The position numbers and the translations under genes were made by a program. Below the pieces are notes generated by a model that saw nothing but the letters and a program-made list of their open reading frames with translations, did no database searches and was not told the origin of the DNA. Below are positions 9,680 through 21,300 of a stretch of 64,000 nucleotides of DNA, one piece after another. Source of the DNA: Mayamaea pseudoterrestris (taxonomy: Eukaryota); the NCBI GenBank assembly GCA_027923505.1, contig BROI01000010.1, forward strand, positions 558,001 to 622,000, read 5' to 3'. Numbering within the stretch: the stretch's first letter is position 1; each line of letters begins with the position of its first letter.

Positions 9680-10973
9680 TCGGTCTGACTCACCAAGAGT
9701 CAGAACGGTCCCTTCCCCCTGTGGCAAAACGAAATTGCCGGCGCGCAGAACACGTTTTCAGTACTCGCCCTGTAGAAATCACTCGTGCGGGTGTCCGTTG
9801 CCACAATCGTGTAACGCCTATTTTTAACGGTCGATGGCAATCAGTGTCTTAGCGTTACTAAGCATACACGAGCATCCAGGCACAGCATAACCAGTGCCAC
9901 ACTCACATTGGGTTTGGACATGCAGGCACTGTTAACTTCTTGTCACCATGCTTGTCATCCTCTATGGCTCCCAGTCTGTCTCCTAGCACTCATCTAAGTA
10001 GCTTGCCATCAAGTGTGCCATCAAGTGATCCAAGCGCCAAGCCAAGTGCATCAACTAGCGCTAAACCCAGTCTTCTTCCCAGTGCAGCACCAAGCTTGTC
10101 ACCCTCTGTAACTCCCAGTTATCAATAGCTCCAGCAGCTTGCCATCAAGTAGTGTGCCGTAAGTGATCCAAGCGCCATTTAAAGTGCATCATCTAGCACA
10201 AGACCCAGTCTTCTTCCCAGTGCCACACCAAGCTTGTCACCCACTGTAACTCCCAGTTCTCTCCCAGCACTAGGCCCCGGCAGCTTGCCATCAAGTGTGC
10301 CATCAAGTGATCCAAGCGCCATTTAAAGTGCATCATCTAGCACAAGACCCAGTCTTCTTCCCAGTGCCACACCAAGCTTGTCACCCACTGTAACTCCCAG
10401 TTGTCTCCCAGCACCAGGCCCCGGCAGCTTGCCATCAAGTGTGCCATCAAGTGATCCAAGCGCCAAGCCAAGTGCATCAACTACCGCAAGACCCAGTCCT
10501 CTTCCCAGCGCAGCACCAAGCTTGTCACCCTCTGTTACTTCCAGTTGTCTCCCAGCACAAGCCCCAGCAGCTTGCCATCAACTGTGCCAAGTAAACCCAA
10601 TTGCCAAGCCAATTGCAGCATCTAGCGCAGGATTCAGTCTTTTTCCCAGTGCAGCACCAAGCTTGTCACCCCCCGTGGCTCCCAGTGTGTCTTTCAGCAC
10701 TTGGCAAGTGTGCCATCAAGTAACCCAAGCGCCAAGCCATGTGCATCACCTAGCACAGGACCTACTGCTAGTCTCCAAGAGTCAACACCAAGCTTGTCTC
10801 CCTCTGTGGCTACTAGCTTGTCTCGGAACACTCAGCAAAGGTGCTATTGAGATCATCCTGTTGTTGACCTGAGAGCTACCGGTAGTGCTACCCCCGTAAC
10901 ATGCCAGGTGTATTGTTTGTTCCATCCACTCGAACTGCCACGCAGTCAGGTCAGACCCCGGTCGCTCGGTGCA
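9680..10973. mobile_element. 1.3-kb non-autonomous insertion within the LTR (Helentron/Helitron2-like ends) carrying Pro/Ser-repeat cargo
   Basis: Splits the LTR at CGTAT|GTGAC with AT duplicated. Asymmetric inverted repeat GGTCTGAC (9682) / GTCAGACC (10950), and 5' hairpin TCTGACTC-accaa-GAGTCAGA. Confidence 0.6.
9990..10800 (+). repeat. ~144-bp tandem repeat encoding degenerate PSSVPSSDPSAKPS...PSAAPSLSP units
   Basis: TTGCCATCAAGTGTGCC-like motif recurs near 10004, 10139, 10285, 10429 and 10572. The region is CpG-poor and contains stops and frameshifts. Confidence 0.85.
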
Positions 10974-11297
10974 ATGTGACATGTGAATGAAGAAAGTGCG
11001 CAACCGTCGTGTGGATGCATTGTATGAATGGAACGACTGATTACAACTGATGTAATGTGATTGAAAGAAACGGATTGATCGGATGATCTTCCGAGTGGTC
11101 GATGTAGCGATGTAGCGTTAAGCTCACAATATAGAACTACTAGTTTGCGATGAGAGTGCAGTTGTATTCGTGTAGTGGCGAGCGCAAGACTATTTGACGA
11201 GCCATATCCATCAAGAGCTGTACAGACCGTGGCCAAGGACCCTGTATCGGAGCTTTTTGGAGGTAAGACGTTGACTGCGAAATCGTCAACGGTGTTA
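10974..11297 (+). repeat. 5' LTR of copy 1, right part
   Basis: Resumes at ATGTGACATGTGAATGAAG and runs to CGTCAACGGTGTTA, matching the other three LTRs. Confidence 0.9.
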
Positions 11298-11394
11298 GAT
11301 TAACATTTCAGTGCTTCGAGAGTGAGAACGAGGGAGGGAGCTATCATGACACATTCGTCTGCAGCAAGTCCGATTCCTCTGATCAACCTCCAAC

Positions 11395-14300
11395 ATGGCG
11401 ACGATTGATGTAACGACCTACAAGCGTGCCGTCGGTAAAGTCTTCGACATTCCGTGGCTCGCAGCATCCGCTACTTGGGATCCAAACGACCCTACCGCAG
11501 TATGCTTCGAATCCGAAGAACTCACGACTGCGGAGGCGATGGCCGAGTTGTCGGAACAAGACGCGACGAACATTAAGAACCAGTACCATTGGTCGACAAT
11601 ACGAACAAGCCGATTGCGCAAGCTCATGAGTTGGATTCATGAGCAACGTCGGACGACTGCGCAATGGCAAGACCTGGAGAAAGACCACATTACGAGCCGA
11701 GAACTCCCAGTAGCACCGGGGTCACCGACAGCAGGCAACCGCAGTTTCGGAGACTTCAGCGTTATCGGAGGCAACGACACCACGACGAAGCGACACGACA
11801 TCAAGCTGGATCTGAAGACCATGCTGGAGCTCAAGAACGATCGCAAGTTCTGCTCCTACTGGCGGGCCTTCAAGAACCGCATGCGAAGCGAGCGACTTGG
11901 CTACTTTTGGGACGACAAGTTCAAGGCACCAGCTGCACTCGAGCCCGAATTCGCCGAGTATCAGTATCAGTGTTCGAAGCTTTTAGCGGCGCTCGAGTAT
12001 ACCTGCAAGACACCGCAGAGCAAGCTCATTGTCCGCAAGCACATCGACAGCGCGAATGCCTCAGCGTGCATTGCAGAGTTGGAGGCGACATTCCTCGATG
12101 GGATGGCGCGCAAGTTGGATCTACGTTCGGCCGAAGACGAATGGCGCAATTTTACCCTCGACGCGGGTTACGCCAAGTCTCTCGTCAATTGGCTTATCCA
12201 GTGGTCCAGCAAGGAAGAGAACTACAATGACTACGCCGAGGAAACCGAGCTACTTACAGCAAGCACGAAGCGTCAGATTTTGGAGCGCGCGGTTTTCCGC
12301 CATGCGGATATGGCAGCGGCGGTGAACATGGCGCTGATCGAAGAGTCCAAGACCGGCAACCCGATGGCGTACACCCAGTTTTGGAACCTCCTGAACGACG
12401 TCGCACGTCAATCTGACAATCGTCGTGGCATCAAGGAGACCGAGAAGCGTCAGGCGAACCAATCTGAGCAAACCAAGAAGGAGAAGGAGAAGACGAAGAA
12501 GGCAAGCGCAAACAATTCCCAGTCTACGCCAAGTAGCAGCAACAATCAGCAATCCAATCAGGGGGGCGGTGGTCGCGGCGACTTGAGCACGGGACGAGGC
12601 GGCGGCGGCGGCCGCGGTCGGGGAGATACTCGTTCGTATGTTCGCAGCTATGCCGACACAAAGACGATCGAAGTCCCCAGCGACGTGAATGCGACGATTC
12701 CACCAAACACGTGGCGACTCCTTACGCGTGATCAGCAACATGAAGTGTTTGAACGCCGTGGTACGAGTCGAGCGGCCAGTGCTGCAGGTGGTTCGACATC
12801 AGCAACACAGGCAGGCACCACGCAGACGACGAGTACAACACGCAACGCAAACGTCGCAGCCACTTCATCAGCGGCAACGACGGCGAGTGCGGCGACCGAG
12901 CGTGTGAACAACACCAGCCGTGGCTCAGCGATGCGAAGTTTCTTAGGTCCAGACCAGCCCACGACTACGACTCGGGGAGCAAATATTGCTCAGAGTCGCA
13001 AGTACAAAGTCGCGAGCATTGACTTGGATAAGCATTCAGCGTCGACTGTCGATCGCGGCGCGAGTGGCGGAGTATGGGGAGCGGACGGCCGCATCCTTAC
13101 CGAGGACAAGTTCCACAAGATTGAAGTCACTGGAGTCGGTGGTCTCAAACTTCCGGACCTGTCTACCGTCACAGCAGTCGCCAAGCTTAAGAGCACCAAG
13201 GGTTGGGTCGTCGGCGAGTTCCATAATTACGCATATTCTGGAACCGGCAAGACGATTCATTCGAGCATGCAGATGGAAGCCTTCGGTCTTCACGTCAATG
13301 ACAAGCATTACAACTTTGGTGGCAAGTTACGAATCGAAACGCCAGACGGATACAAGTTTATGCTCGGAATGGAAAGTGGCATGGCGACCTTGCCAATGTT
13401 TCCAGTGTCGGCGCATGAGCTTCACACCTTACCTCGGGTCATGATGACCTTCGATGGGCCTTGGGATCCGAATGAGTTTGACGTCAAGCCGACTGAGGAT
13501 GACGACTATGACTCTTCGGATGACGATGACGACGAGGACGACGTACCGGACTTGTTGTCGCGCGACGAAGACGATGAAGACAGTGACGACGAAGAGGGCT
13601 TCACGCGCGTGACACGTTCGCGTACGCAGAATCGCACCCATCGTCAAAGCAACATGACTTATACGAATCTTGGACACGACAATCTACCTGTTTACACCGA
13701 GAAGGAGCTGAATGTTTGTGCCGTCGTACAGAAGTACAATGCGGATCTCGTCTATCAGCCCTACAAGTCTATCCTGCCAAAGAAACCCGATATCGACGCA
13801 TTGCTGCCGAACTTTGCATGGTACCCGGCGCAGACGATCAAGGATACTTTGCGCCATAGCACGCAGTTCAACATGCACGAGCGCCGATACCCCCCACGAA
13901 TGCATTGAAAGAGCCGATTCCTGAACGTCTACCATCTAGATGATCGAGTGGCCATGACACCATGTTCTTCGACGAACCAGCCATGGATGATCATATCGAC
14001 GGACATGCAGGGTGCACATGCGTGCAGCTATTCTATGGTTGTCGCAGTCAGATCATTGTCGTGTATCCCATGCGGACGAAAGGTGACGTACCGAAACGAT
14101 TCCGTGATTTCATCCGCGAGTTTGGAGCTCCGTTGGAAGTCTTCTCGGATAATGCGAAAGAAGCGATGAGTGCCAAGTTTGACGAAGTAATGCGCGAGTT
14201 CATGATTCGCCGTCGTCATACATCGGAGCCGTACTATCAGAATCAAAATCCAGCCGAGCGCATCATCGGGCACGTCAAGGAAAGTCATGAACAACTTATG

Positions 14301-17157
14301 GACCGAACGGGCACTCCGGCATGCTTCTGGCTACGCGCTTTACTCTTTCAGACCGAGATGTACCGTCATTTGTCGCATCCTGCCTTGGACGGCAAGTCTC
14401 CCATCGAGTTTATCACTGGGCAAGTCCCCGACGTGTCGAAGTATTTGCATTTTCGTTGGTTTGAAATTGTCAACTACTTTGTCAAGGATGTCGAGGCCCC
14501 GGGTACCCGCCAGCGCGCGGCGTACTGGCTTGGTCCCAACACGACGTGCGGAGACGACCTGACGTACTTCATCTGTGATTGCGAGACCCACGAGATCATG
14601 ACGCGATCGGTTTGCTTACCCCGAAATGACCCAAAATTTTTGAACCTTCGCGTACCGGCACCTGCTTCCCCAGTCATGAAAGAAGGGGAGCCGCGTCTCT
14701 ATACCGTACCTGGTCTAGGTGGCGAGATCCTTATGCCGGAAATGATCAAGAAGATTACCGACGCCGACAGCAGAGACGATGATTCTTTCATTCCTGATGA
14801 AGACGATACCCCTTTGGTCGAGACGGTGGAATACCCGGAAGACGACGATATGACCGACGGGGAGCTAGATCCTAATCCTGCCGATGACGGCGACGACAAG
14901 CCGAAGAAGAAGAACATCAATCCGTGGCGCAAACTTCCGAAGTATGCACCCGATGAACTTATCGGCAAGTCGTTTCTCATGAAGACGGACGACGGGCAAG
15001 AAGTTCGAGCGACCGTCATGAGCAAGCTGAACAACCGCGACGCCCAGAACCATCAAAACATTAAAATGATGCTGAAACTTGGTAACGGCGAAGCGGATGA
15101 AGTCATGTCCTATGTCGAGGTTTCCGATCTCTACGAGGCCGAAGTGAACCAAGACATGGCGAATCCTGAGCGTAAATGGTTCTTCAAGGAGATTCTAGAC
15201 CATCAGGGTCCGCTGACGAGCAAGTCGAAGAACTGGAAGCACTCCAAGTGGAACGTCCTTGTACAATGGGACGATGGATCCAAGACTTGGGAGCCTCTCA
15301 ACGCGATGATCGAAAGCGACAAAGTATCAGTAACAGCCTACGCGCAAAAGCATAATCTTCTCGACAAGGACGGATGGGCATCGTTGAATCGATGGGCCCG
15401 GAACGCCAAGAAGGTTGCGCGCAAGGTGGCGACCGCCCGAATGGAGCAGCAGAAGAACGGACCGCGCTACAAGTTTGGAGTCCAAGTACCCCGAGATTGG
15501 AAGGAAGCGCGGCGTTTGCAGGAAGCTGCAGGGCACACGAAGTGGACGGATGCGGAAGGCGTGGAGCTTGCGAACCTGGACGAGTACGAGACGTTTCAAG
15601 ATCTCGGTCCGAGTTCCACCACAGCACACCCAACTGGTTACCAAAAGATCCGAGTCCATTTTGTGTACGATGTCAAGCACGATTTGCGATACAAGGCACG
15701 TCTCGTTGCAGGCGGCCACATGACGAAAGACAACGACGATGCCTACTCCAGTGTTATCTCATTGAAGGCAATGCGTCTAGCTCGAGCGAACGCGGCAAGA
15801 AGTGCATCGGTGACATTGGGAATGCTTATCTCGGCTCACCAAGGAGGTGAGCGTGGAGGCCCCCGCTTCGGGAGCGAATCTGGTCATCGTCAAGGCTTTG
15901 TATGGATTGCGAACACGGCACGATTTCTGAACGCTAGCCGACCCCTACTTGTGGAAGGGTGGGAACCCCTCTATGTGCGATTCCCGATCTGTGGATCAAG
16001 GACGCCGGCGACAGCTACGACTACCTCCTGTGTATGTCGACGATCTGTTGAATATTTCAGACGATCCAGCAGCGTTCTTCAAGATGCTGGAGGAGAAGTA
16101 CAAGTTTAAGTCTCAAAGGTGTTGGACATCCCGAGTATCATCTCGGCGGTGACTTTGGAGCGAGACCCCTGACGGAACTCTTTACTGGTGCCAAGACCTA
16201 CGTTGCGAAACTCTTGGCCAGTACAGCGGTCGGTTGTTTGAAGGTCCTCGAAGAAGTATTCATCACCAATCGACAAAACGACGATCATCAGACATCAAGC
16301 GAGCTACTGAACGACCAAGAGAAGAAGTTTACCAGTCTCTAGTCGAGCACTTCAGTGGGCGATTACTTTGGGACGATTTGACATTAACCGTTGCAGTTGT
16401 GAGTCTGTCGCCACGATTCCGTGGAGCCGCGGCGACACCTGCAGCGGGGAACGAGTCTGTGGATATTTGCGAGAGTTACCGGACGCAGCAATCCGTTCTC
16501 CGAGGGCCAGCCAACGAGGAGCACGCCGGCACCCATGGAGGAACAAGATTGGAGCGCAGCGTTCAGAAGGACGGAGTTGATGAGATGTTGGACGTCTACC
16601 CACCGCCAAAGGGTGTGACTGTACGAACATCAACTCGAGGATGCGTGTCTCATGCATTGCATGGTGACAGAGGCAAGTCATTGGAAGGAGTTTTGTCATT
16701 TGTCAACCAGACGCCTGTCGACTGGCATGTGCAAACTCAGGCTACAGTCGAGACTGCGGCCTTTTCGGATCGGAATTCGGCGTAGCAAGAGTGGGAACGG
16801 ATATCAGCATTCTCGTCGTACAGGTCGCCACTAGGCGTACCATTGAGAGAAGTCTGCCTGGATGTACGGAGACAACCAACAGTTGCGATTACGCAATCTA
16901 CAATCCCGAGTTCGACATTGTCCAAGCGACACAATGCGTTGGCCTACCATCGTGTTCGTTGGGCAGTTGCTGCGGGAATTATCAAGTTTGTGAAGATTGA
17001 CGGAAAGGAGAACATTGCGGACGTACTGACGAAGTACCTGCGGTACTGTGATGCGATGCCATTGCTCAAGCCAGTATTGTTTTGGCGCGGCGATACATCG
17101 TATGCGATTGTGAAGGACAAGAATGCGGCTACGACAAGCAGCGTACCCAGGGGATGA
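11395..17157 (+). pseudogene. gag-pol polyprotein of copy 1 (nonsense codon at 13906, frameshifts downstream)
   Basis: 837-aa gag/protease ORF, then integrase/chromo-like/RT ORF 13962-16109, then broken RT and RNase H (16843-17157). Confidence 0.88.
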
Positions 17158-17553
17158 TAAGTCGCGAGAGCGGCGAAGTCAAGAGCCCGAACCCTAATTA
17201 GCTTGTGTCGAGTCCGCAGCTGTCGTATGTGACATGTGAATGAAGAAAAAAAAGTGCGCAACCGTCGTGGATGCGTTGTATGAATGGAACGACCAGTTAC
17301 GACTGATGGAATGTGATTGAAAGAAACGGTTGATCGGATGATCTTCCGAGTGGTCGACGTAGCGATGTAGCGATAAGCTCCCAATATAGAACTACTACGT
17401 CTGCGACGAGTGCAGTGCATTCGGTAGTGGCGAGCGCAAGACTATTCGACGTGCCATCTCCATCAAGAGCTGTACAGACCGTGGCCAAGCCGACCCTGTA
17501 TCGGAGCTTTTTGGAGGTCAAGACGTTGACTGCGAAATCGTCAACGGTTGTTA
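17155..17553 (+). repeat. 3' LTR of copy 1
   Basis: Follows the short purine run CAGGGGA and aligns end to end with the LTR at 17970. Confidence 0.9.
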
Positions 17554-17969
17554 CCGCCTAACCGGGCGATGTGCGCACGTGGTTCCCCATCATGCGAATG
17601 GTATGTCGCTGCTGCGACTGCTGACTGGATTGAGCAACCGATTGCTTCGAAGGGCGCACGGTGTCTCGCGCTTGCTGCGTTGCGCCTGCACGGCTGCTGT
17701 GCCGAAGGCTGGTCTGCTGTCCCGACTTGCCTCAATTGGTTCGGTTCTTAACAACTGTCAATTCGGATTGCCGTTGCCGCCGCTTGACTGCGCCTGGTTT
17801 GCCGCTTGATGAGTGCGCTGCTGACGACGCTCACGAGCTTGACGGATGTACGGCGCTCGAGCTGCTTGGTCCATGGTCGCCCATACTTCAGACGATACCG
17901 CAGGCAACTGAACTGTACTGCTTGCTGCTTCATTCGCTTGACGCTGCTGTCCGCCTTGGCCTCGGCCTC
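17554..17969 (-). mobile_element. gag fragment of the older antisense copia element
   Basis: RGQGGQQRQANEA...LPAVSSEVWATMDQAAR resembles the RGG / IPPNTWRLLTRDQQ part of copy-1 gag. It continues in frame at 24288-24318 (GRPRGRGG). Confidence 0.65.
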
Positions 17970-18362
17970 TGACAAGTCGCAGAGCGGCGAAGTCAAGAGC
18001 CCGAACCCTAATTAGCTTGTGTCGAGTCCGCAGCTGTCGTATGTGACATGTGAATGAAGAAAATGCGCAACCGTCGTGTGGATGCGTTGTATGAATGGAA
18101 CGACCAGTTACGACTGATGTAATGTGATTGAAAGAAACGGATTGATCGGATGATCTTCCGAGTGGTCGATGTAGCGATGTAGCGATAAGCTCACAATATA
18201 GAACTACTAGTTTGCGACGAGAGTGCAGTCGTATTTGTGTAGTGGCGAGCGCAAGACTATTCGACGAGCCATCTCCATCAAGAGCTGTACAGACCGTGGA
18301 AGGACCCTGTATCGGAGCTTTTTGGAGGTAAGACGTTGACTGCGAAATCGTCAACGGTGTTA
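17970..18362 (+). repeat. 5' LTR of copy 2 (393 bp)
   Basis: TGACAAG...CGTCAACGGTGTTA; the cleanest of the four LTR copies. Confidence 0.9.
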
Positions 18363-21300
18363 GATTAACATTTCAGTGCTTTGAGAGCGAGAACGAGCGA
18401 GGGAGCTATCGTGACACATTCGTCTGCAGCGAGTCCGATTCCTCTGATCAACCTCCAACATGGCGACGATTGATATAACGACCTACAAGCGTGCCGTCGG
18501 TAAAGTCTTCGACATTCCGTGGCTCGCAGCATCCGCAACTTGGGATCCAAACGACCCTACCGCAGTGTGTTTCGAGCAAGAGGAACTCACGACTGCGGAG
18601 GCGATGGCCGAGCTGTCGGAACAAGACGTGACGAACATTAAGACCCAGTACCAGTGGTCGACCCGATTACACGAACAAGCCGATTGCGCAAGCTCTGAGT
18701 TGGATTCACGAGCAACGTAGCCGACTACTGCGCAATGGCAAGACTTGAGAAAGACCAGATTCCGAGCAGACTCCGTGCCCGGAGCGCGTCACCGACAGCA
18801 GGCAACCGCAGTTTCGGAGACTTTTAGCGTTATCGGGGGGAAGCACCAACACGACAGGACGCCAAGCGTTTCAGCTGGATCTGAAGACCATGCTGGACTG
18901 AACGTCGGAGTTCTGCTCCTACTGGCGGGCCTTCAAGAACCGCATGCGCGAAGGAGCGACTTGGCTATTTTTGGGACGACGAGTTCAAGGCACCAGCCGC
19001 ACTCGCGAATTCGCCGGTATAAGTATCAGTGTTCGCTTTTAGCGGCGCTCGATATACCTGCAAGACCACCGCAGAGCAAGCTCATTGTCCGTAAGCACAT
19101 CGACGCGAATGCCTCAGCGTGCATTGCAGAGTTGGAGCGACATTCCTCGACGGGATGCGCGAGTTGGATCTACGTACGGCCGAAGACGGACGGCGCAATT
19201 ACACCCTCGATCGTTACGCCCAAATCTCTCGTCAGTGGCTCATCCAGTGTCCAGCAAGGAAGAGAAACAGACTACGCCGATCCGGGAAACGAGCTACTTA
19301 CAGCAACACGGGCGTCGGTGGCGCGGTTTTCGCGCGGATATGGCAGCGAGTGAACATGGCGGCTGATCGAAAGTCAAGACCGGCAGCCCGATGGCGTACA
19401 CCAGTTTTGGAACCTCCTGACGTCACCGTCAATCTGACAATGTTCTGGCATCAAGGAGACCGAGAAGCGTCCGAACCAATGAGCAGACCAAGAAAGAGAA
19501 GGAGAAGGCGAAAGAAGGCAAGTGCAGACAATTCCCAGTCTCGCCAAGTAGCAGCAACAATCAGCAATCAGCTCGGCGACTTGAGCGCCGAGGCAGCGCC
19601 GGATGGAGATCTCGTTCGTATGTTCGCAGCTATACGTTGCAAGCTGTTCCAGCAGCGTGAGCGACGATGCCACCAAACAACGTGGCGACTTGCCCCGCGT
19701 CAGCAGCATGAGTGTTTGAACGCCGTGGTACGAGTCGAGCGGCCAGTGCTGCAGGTGGTTCGACATAACAAGGCAGGCACCAGCGGAAGCACGAGTACAA
19801 CACGCAGCGCAAACGTGGCAACCACTTATGCGGCAACGGCGGTGCGCGACCAAGCGTGTGAACAACACCAGCCGTGGCTCAGCGTCTGCGTTTCTTAGGT
19901 CCAGACCAGCCCGCGACTGCTGGGAGCGATATCGTAGAGTCGCAAGAAAGTCACGAGCATACTTGGATAAGCATTCAGATCGGCTGATCGCGACGCGTGG
20001 CGGAGTAGCAGACGGCCGCATCCTTACCAGGACAAGTTCCACAAATTGAAGTCACTGGAGTCGGTGGTCTCAAACTTCCGGATCTCGCCGCCAAGCCACC
20101 GAGCACCAAGGGGTTCGTCGGCGAGTCCATTACGCATATCTGGAACCCGGCAAGACGATTAGACCAGTCAGATGGAGCCTTCCGACTTCATGTCGCGACA
20201 AGCATTACAACTTTGGCAAGTTACGAATCCCGAAACATGGGCGGATAAGTTTATGCTCGGGATGGAAAGTGGCATGGCGACCTTGCCAATTTTAATGGCG
20301 ATGAGCTTCACACCTTCTCGGTCATGTACCTTGATCCTTCGATCCGAATGAGTTTGCGTCGAGCCGACCAGGACAGCGAATGACTCTTGGATAGCGATGG
20401 CGGCGAATGACGTACCGGACTTGTTGTCGCGCAGCGAAAAGCGAAGACAGTCAGCGAAGGGCTTCCTGCCCCGTGACCGCTCGCGTGCGCGGAATCGCAT
20501 ATACGTCAGAGCAACGTGACTTATACGATCTCGAGACCACGACAATCAACCTGTTTACACCGAGAAGGAGCTGAATGTTTGTGCACCGTCGTACAGAAGT
20601 ACAATGCGATCTCGTTTTACAAGTCTATCCTGCCAAGAAACCCGATGCCGGCATTGCTGCCGAACTTCATGGTACCGGTCAGCGATCAAGGATGCGCCAT
20701 AGCACGGTTCATGCCTGGCGCTGATACCCCCACGAATGCATCGAAAGAGCGATTCCTGAGCGTCTACCCGTCTAGATGATCAGTGGCCCATGACACCATG
20801 TTCTTCGGCGAACCTGCCATGGATGACCATATCGGCGGACATGCAGGGTGCACATGCGTGCAACTATTCTATGAATTTATTAGCAGTCAGATCGTGTTGT
20901 ATCCCATGCGGACGAAGGTGACGTACCAGAAGCGATTCGTTTCATCCGCGTTGGAGCTCAGTTGGAAGTCTTCTGGATAATACGAAAAGAAGCGATGAGT
21001 ACCGAGTTTTAGAATGCGCGAGTTCATGATTCGCCGTCGTCATGTCAAAATCCAGCCCGGCGCATCGCTCGGAGTCAAGGAAAGTCATGAACGACTTATG
21101 GACCGAACAGGCACTCCGGCATGCTTCTGGCTACGCGCTACTCTTTCAGACCGAGATATGCCGATTTGTCGCATCCTGCCTTGGGCGGCAAGTCTCCCAT
21201 CGAGTTTATCACTGGGCAAGTCCCCGGCGTGTCGAAGTATTGCATTTTCTTGGTTTGAGGCTGTCAGCTACTTTGTGGATGTGGCCCAGGTACCCGAGCG

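Larger units (their letters stand above)
9607..17553 (+). mobile_element. Ty1/copia LTR retrotransposon (CoDi-like), copy 1, with 5' LTR interrupted by a 1.3-kb insert
   Basis: LTRs at both ends. Domain order is gag-PR(DRGASGG)-IN(DTMFF, SDNA, AER)-RT(YKARLVAGGH, YVDD)-RNase H(KRHNALAYH, ADVLTK). Confidence 0.93.

Noticed and set aside
13900..13965. Programmed stop readthrough or frameshift between gag and pol
   Set aside because: Copy 2 has CGA instead of TGA and GCCCATGAC instead of GCCATGAC, so the ancestral element had one continuous ORF. These are lesions or errors.
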